This document shows, in pieces, positions 28,795 to 40,661 of a stretch of 64,000 bases of DNA. The translations under genes were made by a program, and so were the position numbers. The notes below the pieces were generated by a model. It did not search any database, was not told where the DNA came from, and saw nothing but the letters and a program-made list of their open reading frames with translations. The stretch is from the NCBI RefSeq assembly GCF_009914755.1, contig NC_060928.1. One strand, written 5' to 3'. This DNA comes from the human T2T-CHM13v2.0 reference genome, Homo sapiens. Position 1 is the stretch's first letter. Each line of letters begins with the position of its first letter.

Positions 28795-29884
28795 CAGGCA
28801 TGCCTTAGAGGTATTTGGGGTTGCATTCTAAACAACTGCAATAAAGCCAACATCACAATAAAGCAAGTCACATGAATTTTTTGATTTCCCAGTGCATATA
28901 AAAGTTATGTTTACACTATGCTAAATTCTATAAAGTGTGCAATAGCATTATGTCTAAAAAAAACCCAATGTATATACCTTAATTTTAAAATACTTTATTG
29001 CTAGAAAAATGCTTATAATAATCTGAGCCTTCAGCAAGTCATAATCTTTTTGCTGGTGGAGGGCCTTGCCTCCCTGTTGACGGCTGCTGACTGATCAGGG
29101 TGGTGGTTGCTGAAGGTGGTTGGGCAATTTCTTACAATAAGATAATGAATTGCATTTGTCTTATTTTAAGGCAATATAATTGCTGCATCAACTGACTCTT
29201 CCTTTCATGAAAGATTTCTCTGTAGCATGTGATGCTGTTGGTTAGCATTTTACTCATAGTAGAACTTTCAAAATTGGAGTAAATCCTACCGCTGCTTTAT
29301 CAACTAAGTTTATGTAATACTCTAGAACCTTTGTTGTCATTTCAACAATATCACTGCATCTTTACCAGAAGTAAATTCCATTTTAAGGAACCACTTTCAT
29401 TATTCATCCATAGAAAGCAACTTCTCATCCATTCAAGTTTCATCATGACATTGCAGCAATTCAGTCACATCTTCAGGCTCCACTTCTAATTCTAGTTCTC
29501 TTGCTATTTCTACCACATCTGCAGTTACTTCCTCCACTGAAGGCTTGAGCCCCTCAAGGTTATCCATGAAGACTGGAATCAATCTATTCCAAACTCCTAT
29601 TAATACTGATATTTGATCTCCTCCTATGAATCGTGAATGTTCTTAAGGGCATCTAGAATGGTAAATTCTTTCCAGAAGGTTTTCAATTGACTTTGTCCAG
29701 ATCCATTAGAGGAATCACTATGTATGGCAGCTATTGCCTTGTGAAATATAGTTCTTAAATAATAAGACTTGGAAGTGGAAATTGCTGCTTGATCCTTTCA
29801 ATTTGTAAAAAAAAAAAAAAAAAAAAAAAGCACAGTATCTACGAAGCACAATACAGTGAAGTGCAACAAGACAGGGTACGCCTG
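28795..29884 (-). mobile_element. Tigger1 DNA transposon, internally deleted
   Basis: Both termini present (caggcatgcct... and ...agggtacgcctg followed by TA), with subterminal gcaataaagc repeats; ~1.1 kb versus ~2.4 kb for the full element. Confidence 0.85.
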
Positions 29885-29964
29885 TATATTAGTGATTAGC
29901 GATACAAGTGAAGGAATAACAGCTGTAATGAGTGGCTAAGTCAGCTTGAAAGAAAGGCATTCTG

Positions 29965-30150
29965 GAGTCAGTTTTTCTCGTTGCATGCCCCAGACTTCCT
30001 GCCTCATCATCAGTCGGATTACATGTTAAAATTGCAGGTCCAGCTCTCAAGCCCAAGCCTTCTGAATCTGAGTCTTGGGAGTTGGGACCCAGGAATCAGT
30101 ATTTAATATATGCTTTAAGGTATTTTAGCTAGGCAATAAAATTAGAGGTT
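29965..30150. mobile_element. MER5A-like fragment
   Basis: tgttaaaattgcagg...ttctgaatctgagtcttgggagttgggacccaggaatc. Confidence 0.5.
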
Positions 30151-31259
30151 CTACAATAAGAAAGTTTATACAACTAGCAAGAGATATTTATTTTGTTATT
30201 ACTGTATATTATTTAAGCATACCTTATATATCTTAAAATAAATAGCGAATATCTTAAACTGAAAAAGAATTTGTTTTATCATACTGCTTTCTAGAATTAA
30301 CGCATTATTCCATTATTCTGGTTATGTCGTTCATACAGGTCAAGGCTTCATTTCTCATTGGGATGTGGCTTTGTTTGCTTGCTATAGCATGGATAGTGAG
30401 CATTGAGTACACAGCTTTGCAGTATTTACCCTTGTCTCCTCACCTCTTGTCAAACAGTTGAAAATAGAATGACCTCAACTTAAATAAGCTGAAACACAAT
30501 AATGAGCTAATATTTTTTAAGGCCTCTAAAATTTCTAGGTTGAAACTAACTCTGTCCTGGAGTTTCAACCCATCTCATTTACCCTAATTTTTCTTTGTTT
30601 TTCAAATGTCTGGGAGAAAGGCCTCGATTTTTTGTAATCACAGAGACAGCTCTAACTTTGCCAGATAAAAGTATTAATAATAAAAGGAGATTTACATGAA
30701 GAGTTTTGTTAAGTGGAACCTTAGTTAAATACATCTCTTCAAAAGAAAAGTATGGTGAAACCCCTAGTGACACTATACCAATTCAAATTTTGTACTTTGT
30801 AAAGCTAACACATTCTTGAAAAATAAAGCAAGCTCCTAAACAGTTCACTACAAAGCATCTAGTTGATTGTGACAAGAGGATATTGAGCAAAGGATTTATG
30901 CTAATTGACCTACATTCCAGTTTATGACCAACTCCACTCTAAATAAAATGAACAGTACCCTACAATAGCCTTAGAAACTTCAGACTCAAGGGAAAATAAG
31001 GAAGATTAGCTGATTTTATTTGAAACTATTTTGAGTGGAGCTTATCCCAGTATTCTACCAACACATTTCCACCCAGGCATGAATTTCCACACTCAAATGT
31101 TTTGCTGTGAAATTTTAGTGTGACTGTTTAGATTTCTTCATGTTTCTAATTAAAAATTTAGTCTTTAATCATGTTTTTCTCAGGACTTGTGCTGAGTTTT
31201 CAGTTGTAAACCCAATGTGAAGCACACTTAACAAGACAGCTCTTTTAGGAATTAGATCA

Positions 31260-31721
31260 ATTAGTCGGCTACCCTCAATTTCTCCTTTCCTCGTATGAGC
31301 TGGCTGCTCCTCACATCAAGGAAAAGCGATGTCCTGGGATTTCTGATGCTAGATCATAAGAATCTTTGCAGCTTCTGCTTGGGTTTTTTGGAACATTCAT
31401 TCTTGGGATGCTGCCTCTTGAAACCTAGCCACCATTTTGTGGAAAACCCAAGCCACTTCAGGACAGCCCGAGATAAACTCGTAGTCAACAGCTGGCATCA
31501 ACTGCCAGCTATATATATGTGAGCTCTCTTGGACGACCAGTCCAATCCTGTCTTCAGATGGCTGAATCCCCTGCTGTCATCAGGCTTCCAAGGCAGGAGA
31601 CTTCAAATGAGGATTGCTCAGCAGACAGTCAGCCCTCAGAACCGTGAATGAAAATAATAAATTGTTGTTTTAATCCACTAGTTTGGGAGATCATTTTATG
31701 CAGCAATAAATGCTTAGAACA
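31260..31721 (+). mobile_element. MLT1 (H-like) MaLR LTR
   Basis: 3' end aaataataaattgttgttttaatccactagtttggg...ttatgcagcaataaatgcttagaaca. Confidence 0.75.
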
Positions 31722-32539
31722 TGACTTTTATCTTCTTCCGCTGAGGTTGGGACTCTTATCAGACTTTGTGATTTTCTAAGGAAAATAACACACTAGAAGC
31801 CAAATGATCAAAAGTATTATCCAGTACTCTAGCATCATAAAAGTGTTCTTGATTTGCTTAATGGAAATAGCTTAATCTTATCTTCTTTACATGTTTTTTT
31901 TTTCTCTAATAGTTACTGGATCAAGAGCTGAGCTACATAAATTTATAGAACCTTGCCCAACCTTCTCATCAAACAAATGAGGAAACAGGATCCCAGAGAT
32001 TTATAGGACCCATTCAAAGGCATAAGGGATTATCATCTGCTTCTCCTATTTCAAACCTTGGCTCTTGTACCTTGTTCATAACTGTCTCGAGGGTGTCATA
32101 GTTTTCCTGAAAAAAAAGGTATGAGCTCAAGACAATACTGTGTGTCATTATTTTTTGTCTAAATTTGCAAACAATTTTACAGATACTTAACCAACTCCAT
32201 TGTTACTCAAATTGAGTAAGAGCAAAATATTTCCATTGGATATTTTTCTCTTGTCAAAATGTGTATACTCTTAAATCTAATGTGGAATGTTTAAGTTGTC
32301 ACATTTCACTGTTCTTATGTTGGGGCATTTAGTACGTATCATGCAGTTGGCATCCTTCTTCAATCAAACAGGATTTATCCTTTCCCTCCCTGTCCCTCAA
32401 CCAGTACTCCTTATACTCACACTTTCAAATAGATAATTCATTTCATGGGTTTTCCTCTCACTAAAGGTTGGTAACCCTTTCATCTTTGTTTTCCTTTTTG
32501 TTCCTGTGTTCTGATTAAATTCTCATTATGTGTTCCTAA

Positions 32540-32916
<377 letters not shown>

Positions 32917-33608
32917 TGAAATTAATTTCTTGTCCAAAACATGCAGAAAGTAAACCATTGGGTTTATCCTTTAAATATTCTATCAAGGAACCCACTGCTT
33001 CCCCAGTCTTCAAGATTTCAAATTTCTAGACAAAATCTTCTATTCATTCTCTTATTGCTCCATTTCCTAATTTTATAGATTTTTCACTTGACCTATCTCT
33101 CATCAATCTTTTGCTCTCCGGTTCCACTGGCTTAGACATGTATCATATTCTATTATTATCATATCATATATATCATATAATATTATTCCCAAACTGGTTT
33201 AGGCATATATCATATTATCCCAGGATTACTGTGACAACTGGATCTGTCTTCTCCAACTAATTCTGTTTTAAACAACATTTTCACTAATCTCATTATGTCT
33301 TCCCTGCTCAAAAACCTTCCATGACACCCTACCTCCTATCATGTAAATTCTAAATTCCTCTCATTGCTTTTAAAAGCTCTCCAAAATCAAATCCCATCCT
33401 GTCAATCCAGCTCCATGTCTTACTGTTCCCCAAACACACCTCCTTACTGCCATGAGAAGGAGCTCCTTATTCTACCTAGAACCACTTCCTTTCCAAATGT
33501 TTCACATTCCTCCAAGACAGGTTCAGTACCACTCCCATTAAACTTTTCATAATATCTGTCAAACTAAATCATATTCAACATCATTTTTAAACAAAACAGT
33601 AATCAATG

Positions 33609-33652
33609 GTCTCATAGTGATATACATGTAGTCTCATAGTGATATACATGTA
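33609..33652. repeat. Perfect 22-bp tandem duplication (gtctcatagtgatatacatgta x2)
   Basis: Seen directly. Confidence 0.95.
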
Positions 33653-35639
33653 GTCAAGTAGAACAGTAAGTGTTGTGTTCAGGAGAAAATGTAAAAATAT
33701 TCCTGACCTATCTTTCCAATGGGGCCTGAAATTCCACAATTAGAGATTCGCAGGTTAAAGTTCATCTTAAAGTTAAAATGTAAATACTCTTAGCAATGTG
33801 TTAGCCCTGCAGTTTTTTTAGTATCAACTATTTTGTTGCATCCTTTCTGCAGAGTGAAATTTTGCAGTGGAGGGATAGCCCTGCTGCATACCTAGAGAAG
33901 CCGAGGACATCAATGAGGAAATCAAACAATAAAAGGAAGAGATGCCAAAATTGCAATTTGCCTACTTTGCAAATAACTTTTTTTTTTTTTTACAATCAGC
34001 CTTGTGCATTATGGATATGAAGGACTATAAATTATTCAGAATGTTTGATTAACCAATTACTCTCATTCTTCCACAGTGCTAGAGTTCAGATTTCTTCTTC
34101 TAAGACAAATGAGAATTGATTGCTACATTCATCCCCAGAACACTATCTTCCTTTCTTTAAGTGATAAATTTTGGTTTTCATGATACCAGGAAAAAAACAA
34201 AAACAAAACAAAACAAAAAAACTGGATTCCATTTGTTGGCGCAATCCAGCATTCTCCTACGCTGTTTTTCCCTCTTATCCTAGCCATTTGGACTCTAATG
34301 CTAAACTCCCTACCATCCCTACTACCACTAAATAGAAGAGGTTCTGAGTAGTGAAGTTTTATTTTTCATAAGTAAATTAAAAGAAAGAGGAGAGATATGG
34401 CCTTAAGTGGCCAAATGTTTTCTATTTCCCCTATGCACTTCCTTCCTGCTTTCCCCACTTTGCCCCTCTTATTGGCTCTTCCTAGTCTCTGGACTGCATA
34501 CTTGAATCTCTGTCCTGAGTTCTGGCTTCATGCTGTCACTCTCCCCTGCTACAGGCCTGCTCTTTTCTCTATTTCGCTCACCTCTGGCTTCCTCACTTGC
34601 TTCCTCTACTTCCATCTAAAGAGAGTTCAGGAATATTTTTAATCTGTCCTACTAGGCCCCTGACTACGTAAGTTTTTGGTGACCTCAATTACAACAGGAA
34701 AAATGTAATCCACTTCTGGCAGTAGAAGGAACAAACAAATTTTAGGTATCTGTCAGATTACAGACAGGAAAGAGAACTTCTAAGAGTTACAGACCAAGCT
34801 TTGGATCCTGACAACTCAGCTGTTAACTCCACACCATCCCCCACAACAAAATCTTCCTATAATTAGGGATGATTGTTAATTATCCATGGGCATTGAAGCA
34901 AAATCCAGGACAAATTGTTTTCACTATAGTAAGGAAATGGAAATTAAAAATAATTAAGTTTGAAATTATGAATACCTTACCTTTGATAGCCAGTCCTCTC
35001 GAGCTTGAGGTTACAAGGGTAAATTATGTAATTCTTTCTAGACATTTTATTATGTTGGATCCAAATGGCATTTTAATGCTTTTAATACAGCTAATGAATA
35101 GACTACATCAAGTCAATTATTTTGACTTTCCATTTCTGACAGCTTTTCTCCTGTGTGAGCATAGAAACAAGAGTTTATAGGCTCAAGTGGTCAAGTAGAA
35201 CAGCAAGTGTTGGGTTTAGGAGAAAAATTTAAAATATTCCGGACCTGTCTTTCCAATGGAACACAACACTTAACAACCAAATAAAAAAAAGAGCCTGAAA
35301 TACTCTCTGCCACACTTGGGAAAATGTTTTATCTTTCTTTTTTAACCTGAAAATACTCCTTCCTTTTCAGAAAACATTTAAAGACAGTCCTTCTTAAGAC
35401 CATTTCCAACACTGTTTATACAAAGGCCCTAAAAATGGGTCCTTCTAAGACACTTCCAGGGGTCAAGCAAGAAGAGACTATGAAAGTCTTGATCACAGCT
35501 AACATTCATAGGCAAAAATGTCCTCAGCTTTCTCTTTTTTCCTTTCTTCCAAGTTGGCTACTGTCTATAAACTCCAGAGATTAGTAGTCAAAGCATCCCC
35601 TAACCCTTGAGCCTGTGGGAATACAGGAATTTCAACCCG

Positions 35640-37130
35640 AGCACGTCAGTCCCCAAGGCCTCCTTTACTCTTGGAGAAATCCCTCACAACAAAGGACAAG
35701 GGAGAAGCAAGGGGGAGGGGCGCCCAGTGGACTTGGCTGGAAGAAGTGAGCGGGCTGGGGTTGGAAGAGTAACTCGGGCTGCGGGCTGAACGCAGTCGGC
35801 AACCGCGGAAGAGCAGCATCTCCCCTGCGCCTGTGGATACGCCAGTCCAGGGATGGCGAGTGCTTTCTCCTCCCCAGCTTCTCCCTCGCTCTTCGAGGTG
35901 ACTCGTGGGACCCTGCGTCCTAGTGCTGGGTGTGAATCGGCTATTTCACACCCAGTTCTTCCTCCCCTCCGCCACACGCAGTCACATTCCTGGAGCTATT
36001 CCAAGCTGCCTCCGCTAAGCACCGAATAAGCGGACCCTGCCTGGAAACTTGAGCGAAGCTGAACTGCGCGGAACTCCACCGTCCAGTGACCCGAGCCAGT
36101 GTGGACGCCCTTTTAACCACGCTGTTTACCCAGGTGGAATTTAGGAAGAATCAGCCTTCAGCCTCAACCTCAAACCTTTTGTGCAAATGGGCACTTCGTT
36201 TGGAAAGGGACTAGAAATTGTCCCCAGTCTGGCCCTGCACCAGCACCTTCCTCTGCTCAAACCTGTACAAAGTGGAAGTTTTAGGAAGTTTCCATTTCTC
36301 GTGCCCCGTTTCAACTTGCTCCCCAAAGAGAACATGAAAACGTGGGAACTCGGGAGGACAGAGATCTCCCTGTAATCGCCTCGCTATTCGGATCCTGGGT
36401 CTCTTAGTCTTTCTTTATTTCCCAAATACCGCCCCCAGCACGGTAGACCGGACCCCCAGGCTTGGGTCCTGGGGCCGGCGCAGAGGATCAGCGCCCAAGC
36501 GCAGCCCCCCACCCTCCCGACCCACTGTAAACAGTCGGGCACCCTCCCTCGCCTCCAGGTGCCACCCCATCGCCATCGCCTCTCTCCCAGAAAAAAAAGT
36601 CCGGAGACAAGAGGGCGGGGGGCGGGGGACGCCAGGCGCGGGGGGAACAGAGCTGGGAAGGACGCAGTCTGAGGCCGAGGAACATTCATTTTCTTTCTAT
36701 AATGCCCATTCCCGAGGCCGAGCCTTTGGGCGAGGTGTACGCGCCCGCCCGCGCACTCACCCATGGCCCGAGGTCCTGCTTCTCTGCAGTCCCCAGAGGA
36801 GAGCGAGTGACCAGACGCTGCGCGGGGCCAAGTTCTCCAAGCCGCGCTGAGGCTCCTCGCGCCCTGGCAAGTGACAGCCTCGCCCCTCCCAGCGGAGACA
36901 ACTCGCAGGGCGCCTGGCGACTCTGCGGGCGCACAGACCCCTCCCTCTTTCCACCTGCCTCCTCTGCGAGAAGCCCGTTTTCCTCCCCTTCACTGTGGGT
37001 CTCCTCCCCAGAGGCCCCCACCCTGCCCCCTTTCACTTTCATTAGAGACACGTGCAAAGTCTCTCTCCTAAATACATTGAATGCACATTACAGACACACA
37101 CGTTGTCTCAGCACCCCACAACCGACTCGG
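35640..37130. promoter_or_regulatory. CpG island promoter
   Basis: Sharp rise in GC and CpG content in an AT-rich window; GC boxes gagggcggggggcggggg at 36611-36628; no interspersed repeats recognised. Confidence 0.92.
36761..36764 (-). CDS. Coding end of exon 1 (ATG plus 1 nt, phase 1) of an unidentified minus-strand gene
   Basis: Minus strand cgggccATGG|GTGAGTgcgc: strong Kozak (GCCATGG) immediately followed by a consensus donor (GT at 36760-36759), inside the CpG island. Confidence 0.75.
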
Positions 37131-38137
37131 TAGCCAAGATAATGATCTCTAAGTGGAGTCTGGAAATAGATTATTCCAAAAGACAGGTTTCATATGATAA
37201 TTTTATGTTCCCTTGTCTTCTGTGTACCATTTTGTTTCTTAATGATAATAACATTAATAAAGACAAGAGGAAGAGAAAATTCTCCCTTTAATTTATCCTT
37301 TGTCATCTCCTCTTTCTTCTACATAAAATATGTTTCTGTAATTGGACAAGGTTATAAAGTTCTAAAAACCATACACTCAAACACACATGCACACACCCTG
37401 ACACACACACACACACACATCATAATATGCAGAAATCACCTGGAAAATAAACAATTCAATCCAAGAGGCAGTTGATGAGGCTGAAAGAGCACAGGGCTTG
37501 ACAGTTGAGAGGATGAGTTGTAATCCTGGCTCATTTCCTAATTTGTAAAATGAAGGATCTGGAAAAAGTGATCTCTAAGGTCTCCTCAAGCTAAAAAAAA
37601 AAAAAAAATTATATAACTCTATGGGTTATTGACCTAGTTCTTTCAAGAGTCATACTGGAGAAGTTATTTCAGTAAGTCAGTCCCCAAGGTGTACACAGCT
37701 TTTTCATGCAAAGCACACCCAAAAGTATACATATCTATGCTGTGAGCAAGTGGAAGAATAAAATAAAATGGATATGATTACTTACCTTGAGGAACATTGC
37801 TATCTAATGGGGAAAAGGTGATATGAAAAATAAATAACAATATTTTTAGCAGAATGCATGGATAAATGCAGAGCATATCATTCAAATGCCACATAAACAT
37901 CTGCACAGCTCTTTCTCACGTAATGGAAGAGGTATACTCCTGGCAGGGGTGTGTAAATGCACTTCAGTTACATGGGAATACAGTTATTCTTATGGGAGGG
38001 GAAAGGAAGTAGTCAATAAAAATTAAAAGTGTTCAACATATCATTCAGAAATGCATCACCCTTCTAGAAATTGACTAACATGAACTGTGACTGTAGCAAA
38101 GCATAACACTAATACATTTGTTCAATAAATATAAGTT

Positions 38138-38430
38138 GCTGGCTCACACTTGTACTTCTGGCACTTACAGAGCCTGAGGCAGGTATATCCCTGAAGCTCA
38201 GGAGTTTGAGATCAGCCTGGGCAACATAGTGAGACCTCGTCTCTCCAAAAAAATAAACAAAAAATTAGCTTGGTGTGGTGGTGCACGCCTGTAGTCCCAG
38301 CTACTTGGGAGGCTGAGGTGGAAGGATCACTTTATCCTGGGAGGTTAAGGCTGCAGTGAGCCAAGACTGCACCACTGCACTTCAGCCTGGACAACAGAGT
38401 GAGACCGTGTCTCAAAAAAAAAAAAAAAGA
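38138..38430 (+). mobile_element. Alu (AluJ-like)
   Basis: Sense dimer with poly-A. Confidence 0.92.
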
Positions 38431-38614
38431 TAAGTGATAGATTTTGGAGATTGATTCATAAGCTCAGTTTTAGGATCACCACAAGCAACTTACAATCTAT
38501 CTCCTGAAGACTTATTCAAAATAATATTTGAATTCTAAAAATTAGAACTGTTTTTTGTTTTTTTCCCATCGGATTCTATGATAATCCTGAAATACAAAAT
38601 AATAATTATAACAT

Positions 38615-38830
38615 AAACTGAGTACAGTGTGCTAAGTGTCAGGCATTGTACTAAGGGCTTCATATTAGCTAATATAATTCTCACTAAAAAAGGAAAATAC
38701 TGTTATCCCCACTTTACAGATGAGGGAATTAATCCACAAAGAGATTAAACACTTGCCCAAATTCTCATAATAAATGGGAATGCAAAATTCATACCCAGGA
38801 CAAAATACTCCAGAGTTCATGATCTTAGTC
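38615..38830 (-). mobile_element. MIR
   Basis: gtgtcaggcattgtactaaggg...ttatccccactttacagatgaggga...cacttgcccaa core. Confidence 0.75.
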
Positions 38831-38891
38831 AGTTAACCACATTGTTTCTCAGTATCCAACTGGTTTGCCACATGCTTGAGAAAGATGGTGA

Positions 38892-39223
<332 letters not shown>

Positions 39224-39794
39224 TAATTCATAAATATTTTTAACATTCCCAGTAAAATATATGAAATTTAGAATACACTAAAGATACAAATCATCATATA
39301 CTGGCTTTTAATAATCAAAATCATGATGTTTTCTTTCCTTTGCCTTATTATAAGTGAATAGATCAAAATGTTGATGTTGAATTCATTTATCTTACAGTGA
39401 TGTTGTAAATGGTGTCAGTATCCTAGATCTCAGGTATAGAGAGGCCATTATCTCCCCTGAAATCTAACAAGTTACATAATTTTATATGGGATTCAATAAA
39501 CATATAAATTAATTCATTATCTTACTTAGTACATTATTTTTTTACTCTAATTATCCGGTATTTCTGCTTTCTCATTCCTGTCACCTAATTGTCCATCAAG
39601 TCCTAAGGTTCTGTTTCCAAAATATTCTTCCCATTCATCCCGCATCTTCAGTTTCATTGCCTAGACCACCTTTTAGCAAGTCCTGTGGAAATATAACTAA
39701 CACTTCTTTTTAAAAACGGAGATACTTACCAACCATGGGACTCAAAATTAAGGCTTTAGCTAAACTTGTAAAATTCTGAGATGAATATAAATTT

Positions 39795-40067
<273 letters not shown>

Positions 40068-40091
40068 TAGAAATTTTTCATGACATAACCT

Positions 40092-40661
40092 TGTTGAAGC
40101 CAAGGGAAGACTTCCCCTTTACTCTCTGAAAGTTCACTGAAAATCAACTGAGCAAAGATGGATAAATAGGAGAAATGGCATACAAATTTATTAATGAGCA
40201 CAGAGAACCATAGAGTGATTACCTCAACCCCCAGTGGGGTAGCGAATCTTATATATTCCATCTTGAGGTTACAGAAAGAATTGGGGCTTTTATCATGGCA
40301 AAATAGGATACGGTGGCAAGACAGCTTATGGGAGGGGGAGAAGAGGAGCCCGGGCTTGCAAAGCTGGTCTTTCTATGCAGATGAAACCTTGCAGGGCTCA
40401 GCCCACACCAAGAACACAAGGTGAATGTTTCTTTCAGACTTTTAAAGGTGTCAGACTCTCAGTTAATCTTTCCTATATCCAGACAAAGGAAGGTCTCAGA
40501 GAGGGCCTGGCTGCATCAATGCAGGTTTTCTCTACTGATGCGAATCTCCCCCCACAAAAGGCAGCTTTTCAGCTATTCTTGAATTTCCAGCTTTTCTGAA
40601 TAGTTTTCTTGAAATATGTCAAGAAAATATATTTGGAGAGGAAATATTTTAGTTTCCTTCT
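40092..40661 (-). mobile_element. MER4-group (MER34-like) ERV1 3' LTR
   Basis: Minus strand starts gaaggaaactaaaatatttcctctccaaatata, has AATAAA near the 3' end, ends ttcaaca, and is preceded by a polypurine tract (aaaggggaac, 40671-40662). Confidence 0.75.

Noticed and set aside
35864-35903. Plus-strand acceptor/donor pair suggesting a 20-nt antisense microexon
   Set aside because: Weak donor (GTGACT) and no other plus-strand gene evidence.
35684-37133. Overlapping 97-143 aa ORFs in the CpG island
   Set aside because: GC-rich DNA lacks stop codons; the peptides are Arg/Pro/Gly-rich with no recognisable domain. The 36384..36764 ORF is just read-through past the splice donor.
37779-37793. 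Minus-strand donor AAG|GTAAGT upstream of the island
   Set aside because: Within L2-like sequence, with no supporting start codon, acceptor or promoter signal.
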